A stretch of DNA of 64,000 bases from NCBI RefSeq assembly GCF_009914755.1, contig NC_060948.1. One strand, given 5' to 3'. The position numbers were made by a program, and so were the translations under genes. The notes under the pieces are model-generated. The model made no database searches and was not told the DNA's origin. It saw nothing but the letters and a program-made list of their open reading frames with translations. Shown one piece after another: positions 52,660 to 64,000 of this stretch (position 1 is its first letter; the number at the start of each line of letters is the position of its first letter). The DNA is from the human T2T-CHM13v2.0 reference genome, Homo sapiens.

Positions 52660-54193
52660 TAGACTTTATTTTTTAGAGCAGTTATGAGTTCACAGCAAAG
52701 TTGAGTGAGAAATGCAGAGCACTCCCATACACCTGCTGTTTCTACACATGCACAACCCACCCCAAAGTCAGCATCTTGCATCAAAGTGGTATATTTTCTA
52801 CATTGAAAATCCTACCCTGACATGTTATTATCACTCAGACTCCATAGATTATGTTAGATTTCACTTTTGGTGTTGTTCATATGTTTTTTATTTTCTTTAA
52901 TTTGTCTGTAACTATCCCAAGGTTTTATGTTTCAAAGTTTTAAGGACACTAGAGGCTTAGCACAGTATTTTGTTTTGTTTTGTTTTGCTTTTGAGATGGA
53001 GTTTCTCTCTGTCACCCAAGCATTGAGTGCAGTGACATAATCTCGGCTCACTGCAACCTCTGCCTCCTGGGTTCAAACAATCTCTGCCTCAGCCTCTGGA
53101 GTAGTTTGACTACAGGTGAACTCCCCAGTGCCTGGCAAACATTTTGTATTTTTGGCAGAGACGGGGTTTTACTCTGTTGATCAGGATGCTCTTGAACTCC
53201 TGACCTCAGGGGATCCACCTGTCTCGATCTGTTAAATTGGCAGGTTCATAAGTGTGAGCCACCACACCAGGCCTTGATTCCTTAAACATGTTTGTTTAAG
53301 ATTGTGGTAGCTTAATATCTACTTTCAAAGTGCTGCCTACTACAACTGTTTTTGGCCTCTTTCCCCTATTGGTAGTTTGGGATTACAGGCACCCACCCCC
53401 ACACCTAGACAATTTTTGTAATTTTAGTGGAGTCAGTGTTTCACCATGTTGGCCAGGTTAGTCTTAAACTCCTGACCTCAAGCGATTCATTCGCATTGGC
53501 CTCACAAAGTGCTGGGATTTCAGGCATGAGCCACTGCACCCAGCCTTAGAACCATATTGGAATAAAAACATTGTTTGTTTTATACTTTCAGTTCTGGGAT
53601 ACATAGGCAGAATATGCAGGTTTGTTACATAGGTATACACCTGCCATTGTGGTTTGCTGTACCCATCAACTCCTCATGTACATTAGGCATTTCACCTAAC
53701 GCTATCCCTCCTGTAGCTCTCCATCACCCAACAGAGCCCCGTGTGTGCTGCTTCCTTCCCTGTTTCCTTGGGTTATTGTTCAGCTACAACTTAGGGTGAG
53801 AAAATGCAGAGTTCGGTTTCCTGATCTTGTGTTAGATATGCTGGCTTTCTTCATAAGCAACCAAATTTTATTTATCAACATTAGGAATGTATTTATTTAC
53901 TAATTTATTTTTTAGGGACAGGGTCTGGCTCTGTCACCCTGACTGCAGTGCAAAGGCATGATCTTGGCTCACTGCGAGCACTGCCTTTGGGGTTCAATCA
54001 ATTATCCTGCTTCAGCCTCTGCAGTAGCTGTGATTACAGTCATACACCATCAAACCTGGCTAATTTTTGTTATTTGTTGAGATAGGGTTTCACTGTGTTT
54101 GCCAGGTTTGGCTCCAATCCTAACCCCAGGATATCTGCCCACCTCGGCCTCGTAAAGTACTGGGATTACAGCTGTGAGCCACTGTGCTTGGCC
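52660..54193 (-). mobile_element. Repeat cluster in OFD1-pseudogene intron 3: L1MB-like fragment (52660-52885), Alus (52970-53273, 53375-53545, 53905-54193), L1PA 3' fragment (53575-53835)
   Basis: Antisense Alu and L1 3'-end motifs. Confidence 0.75.
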
Positions 54194-54910
54194 TGGAATT
54201 CATTTTTGATACATATTTCTCTAAACTTTTAACCACTTTATACCTTTGCATATTGTGTAATATTTATAATTATTATAGCAGAAACTCATCTCTTCTCATT
54301 CATACACCTTAACATTTTCTACTAATATGAAGTGCCCATGCAGAATATTTTATTTAAGGGAAATCCAGTTGAAAACAAATATTGGTGTTACCAGGGTAAA
54401 CATAATAAATGATATATATGGTAGTAGAAATAGATATTAAAAGCTACCTAAAATGTCTCTTTAACAATATTTTAAGTACACGAAAGTCATGATTGTAAAG
54501 ACAGTAAAGATTTAGTTTATTTACATTTTTAACAATGAATACTCAGGAAATTAATTGAGTGACCCAGTAACTCTGTCATGTATTCATTGGTTCGTCAGAT
54601 ATTTTAGTGTCATTTGTAAGGCAGTAAACATTCCTGTCATTTCTGTTAGACATATTATTATTTATTTCAAGTACTTAGAGGTTAATTACATGATCAAGAA
54701 AGATATCTTATTCATATGAACATTTTAATAATCTTCATTGTAATTTATCTAACAGTGTAAGAAAGGGCTTAGTTTGCATTTTTACCATAACTATAATCTT
54801 ATTTATTCTGAAGGATGTTTCTTAATCTCACATTCAGAAACATGTTATAATGTGTCATTCAAATACTGCTGTAAAACTATGTGTAATTAGTAAACTTTTA
54901 TTTCCTTAAG

Positions 54911-54979
54911 GAATTTGCTATGCAGCATGTATTACACCTCATTAAAATCAACTCTACTTCCAGTCTCTACAAATCACTG
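54911..54979 (+). pseudogene. OFD1: OFD1 pseudogene exon 4
   Basis: 69 bp, [23 protein letters not shown] versus [23 protein letters not shown]; donor reads TT. Confidence 0.9.
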
Positions 54980-55066
54980 TTTAGATTGCTTAGTTTCTAT
55001 AATCTGTTTTGGTTTGTTAGTTATATTTAAATAGCTGAATAAAGGCAAAATGTTTTCTCACAGCAG

Positions 55067-55097
55067 GTTTCAGGATCTGATAAAGAAAACCAAAAAG
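55067..55097 (+). pseudogene. OFD1: OFD1 pseudogene exon 5
   Basis: 31 bp, CAG|GTTTCAGGATCTGATAAAGAAAACCAAAAAG|GTAAG = VSGSDKENQK, identical peptide to OFD1. Confidence 0.92.
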
Positions 55098-55167
55098 GTA
55101 AGAGCCTACATCTTTGTAAATTATGGCCAGATTTTTCTATGTAATTTTTCTTATAAAAGAATGAAGC

Positions 55168-55474
<307 letters not shown>

Positions 55475-56436
55475 TTAGGAGAAGAGTAAGAAATTTAATT
55501 TGCTTTAAATTATTTGATTTTCCTCATTGACCACACGTTACCTATTAAACAACATTTCACTACTTCTGCAGGTTATTTTTTCCATATTTCCATTTTTGTA
55601 ATAATTTTTAGATACTCAAATTAGAGAACTGCAGACAGTATCAAGGCCCTAGAGACATGCTAAAGATACTATTCTTAAAAATATTCACTGTTCAGAACAT
55701 TTCTGAAAAAAATAAAAAAAATCTCAAAAGTCTGATTTTAAGGCCAAGTGTCTTTGCATACAAAATATCCCTCTCAAGTAGACTAGACTGAAGTACTCAA
55801 CTACAATTGATAGAATATTAAATGTATTAATATGTCCTTAAAGAATGCGATATGGTTCAGCAATGTGTTGTGTAACTTTTGTTCTTAAATGTTTATACAG
55901 ACTTGATCAATTGCCTTAGTTTTAGCCTTGGTAATAACCTTTCATAGAGTTCATTAGTACTGAATGTTGCAGATCATTGGTTATACGTGATGATGGGTTT
56001 TGTAACATAAACATAAGCTGGCAACTTGTTTTTGATGTATACTTATTCTTTAGGTCTTTCAAAATAATTTGTGAACTATTAATGTTTTTTTGTTTTGGTA
56101 CAACTTTGGGTTTTGTCCATTGCCTGTGTTGCTATCATACCCACAGGGACATTCATTTATTAATTCATTCATTCATCCATTCACACATCAATTCATGCAG
56201 GACTAAATCATTTGAGTACTTACTTTTTGCCAGAATTTAAGTAAATCTGTAAGTTAATTGTGAAGGCTTTTGGTAGGATCATTAGCATATGGTAAACAAT
56301 TTGGATCAGAAGACATTTTGGGCAGCCTGCAATCTAGATCATTCCCACTAAAATTTCAGGATTGTAAATGTTCCTACATTGTGTGCTGTTAAGCACCATC
56401 CAGTATGACTCGCTGTGAAAATTGAAATGTTTGTAT

Positions 56437-56577
56437 CTATGTTGTTGACTGTGGTAGGTACTAGCCTCATGTGGCTATTGAGCACTTGAAATTTGGCTAG
56501 TGTGACTGAATAACTGAATTTTTAATCTATGCTTAATAAACTACATGTGCATAATGACTACCATACAGGGTAGCATA
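56437..56577. mobile_element. MER3-like DNA transposon spanning the right arm/spacer boundary; truncated copy at 16759-16840
   Basis: Minus strand TTAAAAATTCAGTTATTCAGTCACACTAGCCAAATTTCAAGTGCTCAATAGCCACATG matches the recalled MER3 consensus. The left copy stops at CACTAGC. Confidence 0.75.
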
Positions 56578-56918
56578 ATTCTAAGGTACATGGCTGGTAT
56601 CTGTTGCTTAACTCTTACTACCAAAGGAAATTTCTGGCTTGAAGGGATATTAAGAAACAATCTACGGGCCACGCATGATGGTCCTTGCCAGTAATCCCAG
56701 CAATTTGGAAGGCTAAAGTGGGTATATCACTTAAGATAAGGAGTTTGAGATCAGCCTGGACAACATAATGAAAACCTTTATTTACTAAAAATACAAAAAC
56801 TTGCCAGGTCTGTTGACAAGTGCATGTAATCCCAGCTACTTGGGAGGCTGAGGCAGGGTAATTGTTTGAACCTGAAATGTAAAGGGTGTCATGAACTGAA
56901 ATGATGGCACTGCAATCC

Positions 56919-57102
56919 AGCATGGGTGACAGAGCTAGACACCATGCCAAACAACAACAAAGAAAAGAAATGAAATTCAGAAAGGAAGGAAGGAAGGAGA
57001 AAGAAAGTAAAAAAGAAAGAAAGAGAAAAAGAGAAAAAGAAAGAAAGAGAAGAAAGAGAAAGAGGAAAGAGAAAGAAAGGAAGGAAGGAAGGAAGGAAGG
57101 GA

Positions 57103-57166
<64 letters not shown>

Positions 57167-57194
57167 GAAAAAGAAAGGAGGACTATGTAATTGG
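56919..57194 (+). repeat. DYS385: Y-STR DYS385, right copy: [AAGG]6[GAAA]16 (GAAA tract 57101-57164)
   Basis: AGCATGGGTGACAGAGCTA at 56919, AAGG x6 at 57077-57100, GAAA x16, then GAGAAAAAGAAAGGAGGACTATGTAATTGG. Confidence 0.93.
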
Positions 57195-58771
57195 AATAGA
57201 TAGATTATTTTTTAAAATATTTTTATTACCTTTACAGTTTTTTTAAATGCCGCCATTTCAGAAAGAAATCTGGTCAGCAGCCCTTACCAGCTTTACCTAG
57301 CATCCCAATAAAGTTTCTAGAAGTGAGAGAACATTGAGTAGCGGGCATGGCAGATAGCACAGTGACAAAATTTGGGTAGAACTTTAGCTCACAATAAAAT
57401 AGCTCCTGGCAAAATAAAATTATTTTAAAAATTGTTGGCTTCCAATTAACCAACAGAGAATCTGTAGGAAGTTATGTTGTACCTAACTGTTGTCTGTAAC
57501 CCTGACTCAGAAACCTATGTTCTTATCGTATCTGACTATATCTATGCTCAGGTGCTTCTAAGTTGTTGAATGTCCAGGGTACATTTCCCCCTAGATTCTA
57601 GTCACCTATTTTTTCTACTCCTAATAATTGCTTTTAGAGATAAGGATACTTGAGAAAATGATGCACACAGAACTTGAATTAGGGAAGAAAATTTGGACAT
57701 TGGTCTTTTGCTTTTTGGAAGCTCATATTCTTATCTGCATTTTGCAAACAAATAGGCACATACATCAATGGGGCCAGACTTAGAAAGTTCAGAAATTGAT
57801 TAATAAAAATATGGTCAATTGATTTCTTGTTTTCTACCAAGTTGCAAAAGGATTTCAATAAAGGAAAGATAGTCTTTTCAACAAGTGGTGCTGGAACAAT
57901 TGGATAATCATGTGCGCAGAAATGAACTCTAGATCTAAATGTGAAATGCAAAACTATAAAACACCCAGATGAAAACAGGAGAAAGTCTATGTGATCTTGG
58001 GTTTCATGATGAGCTGTAACACCAAAAGCGAGACATATCAAATGAAAAAGTAGATGAGTTAGACTTTATTGCAATTAAAAACATTTCTGTGGAAGACACT
58101 GTTAAGAGAATGAAAACACCCAATGTCAAAGCCCATAGAGTTTACATCACCAAGAGTGAACGTTAATGTTTGCAAATTTAGGTCAAGTGATCCCAGGAGG
58201 AAATGCAGACTGTGATAGAACAATCTAACTGTAATCCCCTCACTGAAAGGAGTTCATGATTATTTTTAAAAGAACGTATTTAACCCCCTATTGATGGAGA
58301 GTTAGGTGTTTCATTGTTTGCTTTTGGCCATTAGAAGCAACCTTCGTGCAGTGTGCACCCTTTGTGACCTTGTGAAAGTACAGCTGTGTAAATTTCTAGA
58401 AGTGGAATGAGCGCATTAAAGGGCACCTGCACGTTGAATATATATAAGCATTGACAAATTTCTTTCCAAAGTAAATGAGTGTACCCATACAGCCACTCCC
58501 TTGACAACATTAGCATTATCAAAGCTTTAATCTAGTGGTGTTATAGGGGAAAGAATGGCTTCACTGCTGTATTAATTTGCATTTATAATTTTGTTCTTGT
58601 TTATTCAGCATATAAAAATTTTGTTCATCTTTGTTTAACATTTTGTTCATCTTTGTTTGACATTTTGTTTTTTGCTGCAAACTATCTATTTTTTTCCCAT
58701 TTTTTCTTTTTTTACCTGATTTTTAAGGGCTCGTTGAAATTATGAAAATGTCTTTACTTTAGTATTGATTA

Positions 58772-61700
58772 TGATATGGCTCTGAAGAATGGAGGAACAC
58801 CATGGCTTTTGTCTCATGCGAATTGGAAAAAATGACATGAACACACGTGGAGTTTTAAGGAAGAGAGCATAATAGACAATAAAGAAGGAAGAAGCTCCCT
58901 TGTACTGAGACAAAGGGAGAGGGACTCCAAAGCTGACTGAGGAAACTGCAAGTGCTGGGGAAATCAACCAGTTATAGGAGAAGGCTGGAGGAGACGATGT
59001 CTGATTTGCCTAGTCTCAGGGGAATGGTTTGACCAGGCATGTCACTCACATAGCCTCTGAAAAACCTGGCTCTCCCACCCTAGCCTTTCAATATGAAAAT
59101 GCAGGGCACCATTCTACACATGTGGGGATGTATGAGGGTGGCCATGCTGCCAGGGACATGTGAAGGCAAGGTTAAAGAGAAGAAGGCAGGAATTGCGACG
59201 CTTGGGTGGGCCCATTTTCTTCTGGCCAGCATTTGCATATCAAAGTTTGCTTTCTGGATCTAAGATCTGGGGCTTTCCTGTGAAACAAGAAACATTTCTG
59301 GAGCTGCTTTAAAAGAGAAAAAATTTCCAAGGGCCTCTTTTCTTCTCTATCTGCTTAAAATAATTTCTTAATAACTCCTTTAACATTCCATCTCTCCCCG
59401 TCTGCAGAAGTCACCTTAACTGATGTTAGAGGGTTTGGGGCGATGACTCTTTCTGGATGCTTCATGCTAAAAGGGCACAGCAAATGGGGAACAGCAGGGA
59501 GGGTTCCTTCTGGGGTTCACCTAGGGGTCCTCAGAAGAGCAGTGTGTCCATGTGTGGTTCAGTTTGCAGCACTATGTAGGTTTGATGGCTTCGACAGGAG
59601 AAAAAAAAATTGAGTTACAGTTTTGAGTATACAAAATTCAAATATTAGCACAAGACATATAAGCAAGAGAGGGCTTATTACAGGGATTAGCCAATTTTAT
59701 AAAGAATACTGGAATTCATTAAAGAGGGACTGTAGCTACCAGGGGCTGAAAGTTGCATTTTTCCTGAGCTTGTCAATAATTTTAATTTGATTTTTAATTG
59801 CCCGTAGATTTTTCTCTGCTTGAGTAGAGGTGTTTATCTAAGATACAGAATCTCCCTTTTGGGATCTATGAAGTTATTTACTTTTATTTTCCCAAACAAA
59901 GAAAGCTCTGAGTTATGGGCATTGCACTCAATTTTATTACCTGGCAGAATTTGCAGGATAATGTCCCAGAAATAGATCCAGATATTTACACTACCTATCC
60001 TTTTTTTTTTTTTCCTCCCAAGCTGTAGGAGATTACCACTTGACTCTCAGGATTAAGCACGCTTAGTCTAAAAGGTAGACAAAAGGCTTACAATCTATTA
60101 AGTGGACTAAGATTTAATGACAAGTGTATGATAAGCTTTGGAGCACAATTTCTTCAGGCCTCATTTTTTGTTTAAAAAAAGGCAAATTATAGAACCCTGT
60201 GTCTTTTTTGTAGAATAAACTTTAGTCTTATACTTGGACTGATAATTGCATTAAGTGCAGCTAGAATGGTTATTTTTTATATCAGCCTATTGGATTAGCT
60301 TTGATGAAACTCTGCTCTGGAAAGAATTTGAGATAAAACTTTTAAAGCTGAGACTAGCCATGGTTCCTATTCTCAAATGCCTGTAATTTGGTAAGTTGGG
60401 TGATCCTCTGTTCTTGAGGTCCCAGATAAATTTGGAGCTCCAAGGTCTTGTAGAAAGTGCAATTCTTTACTGACCACAGGTGAGGAACACTGTGCAGGGA
60501 CTGGCTTGACAAGGTATGAGGCCAGTTCTCCCTAATGGGCTTTTATCAGCTCTGAGTGCCAAGCTTGATTCCTTAAAAGGAAACACATTCTTTCGGTCAA
60601 TGCCTTGGTCAATTAACCAGTTTTTCCAACTGTGTTCTTTAAAAAAGTAAATGATTCTTATTGCACTCATGGAGACAACAGTCTTGCCATAAGTTAAGAG
60701 TACTTACAGTTTAAAACAAACATGGTCCAAATTTTGTTGACAGGAGAATGTCTTACTGAATTTGCAAGGGCTGCAAATACTTCAAAGTAAGTTTTCTTGA
60801 CTCTGAAAATCAAAACAAGGATCATTAATATTCCAAACTAAGTTAAAAATGCTGCTTTAACTTTCTGAGCGCAGTGCAGTTAGTTAACTCTTCTTTCGCT
60901 TGATATTTGTGAACATGTCAGACCTTTATGAGTGTCGTACATTCTGTCTTTATCCCAACGTTACAGTCATCAAAACTATTAAAAACCTGCATTTGAGAAC
61001 ACCTATTAAAGTCTTTAATATAGCATGATTAAAAACCCTCTTTTCAGAAGGAACCCTAAACAAGACCATTGTCTGCAAATGACAAAATTTCCAGGATAGT
61101 TACAGTTAAAACTATGACTGAGAGAGAAGTTTATTTGTCTCCATGGTTTATAAGAACTTTTCCCTTAATTATGATTGAGAGCATATACTCAGACCTTAGA
61201 ACTTAGAAATGCCACAAAATTTTGGAAAATCTATTAGTATTATTCACCAAATTATAACTTAAAGAAAATTGGACATCATTTTGGCAATCTCTTGTGACTA
61301 AATGTGTCTGTATATGTCTTTTCTGAATGTTTTGGAAGCCCTCTAAACGACTCAGAAAGCCAGGCATTAGGAAGGACAATTTTGAAACTTGAATTATGCT
61401 TTTAGGATGCCTGTTACATTTTAGAGGTTTGGAACACTCGATTTTATGAAATAGCAATCCAGATTGCTATAAATTACTTGTTTTGCCGAAAGGATGGCTC
61501 AAAAGGCAAAAACCATTTTTATTAGTTTTTATTATTACATGACACGTCATTTGGCTCTGAGATCCTGTTCAAAGCCAAATTTTACCCTTGTATTAATTTG
61601 TTAATGTCAACCCCAATTTGATTAAATAAAACCTTATGGATCATTTCACTTAATCTCAACCAATTTGACCATGACGTGAAATATTTACAAACCTTTTAAA

Positions 61701-64000
61701 ACGCTTTTACCAAAGGGCAGATTAGTTTCTTAAGAACTCCTTGGTGTGCTTTTATTTCAGTACTCAAGTTATTTAAAAAATACAGTAACTTTTTGAATTT
61801 AATGTTCACTGTTGACATTTAGCAACTTTCTTTTTCAGTGAAAACCCTGGTTAATAAGCAACTTTACTATATACAAGGTGTGGATCCTAGCACCCAGACA
61901 GAAGTGCAGATAAAGTGTGAGTTTTCAGCTTCTATCTCCATGTATCCAAGGTTTTACAAACCTGTAAAGCAGGCAGGAAAAAAACCTTGGAATGTTTAGC
62001 AAACCTGGTGTCCAAATTGTATGATTCAGATGACCTATTTTCATTCTCACAACACTTACATTTTCCCAATAATCCTTAAGACTACATTTCTTAAACTCAC
62101 AGGAACTAAAAAAAAAATTTGATTTAAGTGCTTACTTCTCTTTAAGACAATTAATTAGAGCTTGTTTTTATAGATATTACACACACCACATATATAACAA
62201 CACAAACAGAAGATTCAGAGTTATTTTGTGTGCCAGTTTCTTAATTGGATTATTGGTTTCAAGTTGTAGCCCTTGGAGAAACAGTGTCATTAGCATACAT
62301 TTTTAGGGTCTAGTAAGTAGATGCAGCTGAAGGCAATTAGCCCATCCCCCTTGGTACTCTTTTTCTTCGTGGAGGAGTGGGGGGTCAGGATGTTTCTCTA
62401 TGTTTTAGGCAGACAAGAGCATGCTTCACTAATTTATAACTACTACTAGCCATTTCATACAGTGCATTTTCTACCTAGTTATTACACACCAAAGCTCTCC
62501 CATAATGTGAAGTAACTTGATATCAGCAAGAGCCACAAAGGGTAAATAACACAATACATAAGAATACAGAGGCTTTGCTTTTCAGAGGAAACTATCTGCT
62601 TTCAATTTTGGGGGTTTCATGAGGAAAACATGGGTGTTTTGTTTTGCTATCTGTGTGTGTGTGTGTGTTTCCCCATATGGGGATTTTGGTACCTACTCTG
62701 TTTTTCCCCAGGAGTCTTATGCTATCAGAAGGTACCTTATTAGGACCTTTCAGGCATGCAATAAGAGTGGTAAGACAGAAAATGATGGAGAAAAATAATT
62801 CAGTCGACTGAGAACAAAAGAGCCTTTTTTTTCAATTTTTTTTTTTTTTTTTTTAAACAGATTCTCACTGTTTTGCCCAGGCTGGAGTGCAGTGGTGATA
62901 TCTCGACCCACTGCAAGCCCCGCCTCCTGGGTTCACACCATTCTCCTGCCACAACCTCCTGAGTAGCTGGGACTACAGGCACCTGCCACCACGCCCAGCT
63001 AATTTTTTGTATTTTTAGTAGAGACAGGATTTCACCATGTTAGCCAGTATGGTCTCGATCTCCTGACCTCATGATTTGCCCACCTCGGCCTCCCAAAGTG
63101 CTGGGATTACAGGCATGAGCCACTGCGCCCGGCCCCCCAAAATTTTTTAAATATATCAACAACTAGAACACCTACTTTTAATTAACCTGAACACGTTTTA
63201 AGAAAATTCTTTAAAAAATTTTTTATTACTTGACTTTAGCCCTGCCAAGCAGTTAAGAATTTTGGCTTTTGAACTTTACAAAATATAATCTCATAGATAA
63301 AACCAACTCATGTTATGACTTAAAAGCTAGTGTCCAAGGTATTTTCAGAGGAATAATAGTCAGCTTTTGAATCTTTCATTGCAAAATTTTGATGGAGACA
63401 GTGAAAGAGCATTGACCTAAACAAATCTGTTTCATTTGTTGCCCTCAAGCTGTCTTTGCCAATCCCTGGGCTTAGGCTGAGCCAACTTTAGGAGGAGCCT
63501 GGTTTACAGTCTACAGTCTAAAACAAAGATGATAACAGCTGCTTCCCAAGATATCCTTTCCTCTTGACTGGAGCCCAGAATGAGAAGCTAACCACAAGGT
63601 TAGGGGCCATGGCTTAGGTGTCAGGGAGGTGGAGGCTACAAGGTTTTGACCTTCCCTAAACTGCTTTCAAGATCAGTGCTTAAGATATTGTATAAACCCT
63701 GCCCTTGGTGGATCAGCTGGGACCACCCAGATTGAAAAACTGGCTTATCGGATTTTGTGGCCCTCACCCATGAACTGACTTAGCAGAAGAAGAAAGCCAC
63801 CTTTGTAAAATGGCAGAGACTAAAACCAATTATTGCCACATAGTTACAGGTTATGTTCCCAAGGACATGGAACAAGATGTAGGACTGTAACCCAGTTTGT
63901 TACTGACCATTTAGTTGCTCTGGCTTGCACAGAAGGCTTATGGGGTCTTGGGCCTTCACCCTGACTTAAGATACCCTTTTGTTGACAGAAAGATACAGAA
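58772..64000 (-). mobile_element. Mirror copy of the MER4-group ERV1 element (3' LTR 58772-59385 plus internal region)
   Basis: Reverse complement of 9328-14556. Confidence 0.85.

Larger units (their letters stand above)
56496..64000 (-). repeat. Palindrome right arm (continues past window end)
   Basis: Begins GCTAGTGTGA at 56496, the reverse complement of 16831-16840. The last 40 nt of the window are the reverse complement of 9328-9367. Checked homopolymer and CA tracts (19 A, 13 A, CA x8) have equal length in both arms. Confidence 0.97.

Noticed and set aside
56496-64000. Inverted duplication as an assembly artefact
   Set aside because: The arms differ at DYS385, the two junctions are distinct and biologically coherent, and the geometry matches a known Y palindrome.

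Overview
Primate (almost certainly human) Y-chromosome ampliconic DNA with no intact protein-coding gene. The dominant structure is the centre of a giant palindrome: 9328-16840 is the reverse complement of 56496-64000 (the right arm runs off the window), around a 39,655-bp spacer. The duplicated GAAA microsatellite in the arms carries the standard DYS385 primer sites, which together with the ~40-kb spacer identifies MSY palindrome P4 (Yq11.22). The only arm-to-arm difference I found is this STR (18 vs 16 units). The spacer holds an unprocessed, decayed copy of the Xp22 gene trio RAB9A(+), TRAPPC2/SEDL(-) and OFD1(+), including a fossil U12 AT-AC intron and the shared bidirectional promoter. 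The OFD1 pseudogene is cut by the arm boundary: exons 1-5 lie in the spacer and exons 6-7 in the arm. There are two differently deleted HERV-K14C/HML-9-like proviruses, a MER4-group ERV1 element with a tRNA-Gly PBS, a solo LTR7, a twin-primed L1, and many Alu, L1, MaLR and MER elements. I see no new biological system; the notable points are structural and evolutionary. Repeat family names and parent-gene comparisons come from recalled consensus sequences, not from a database search.
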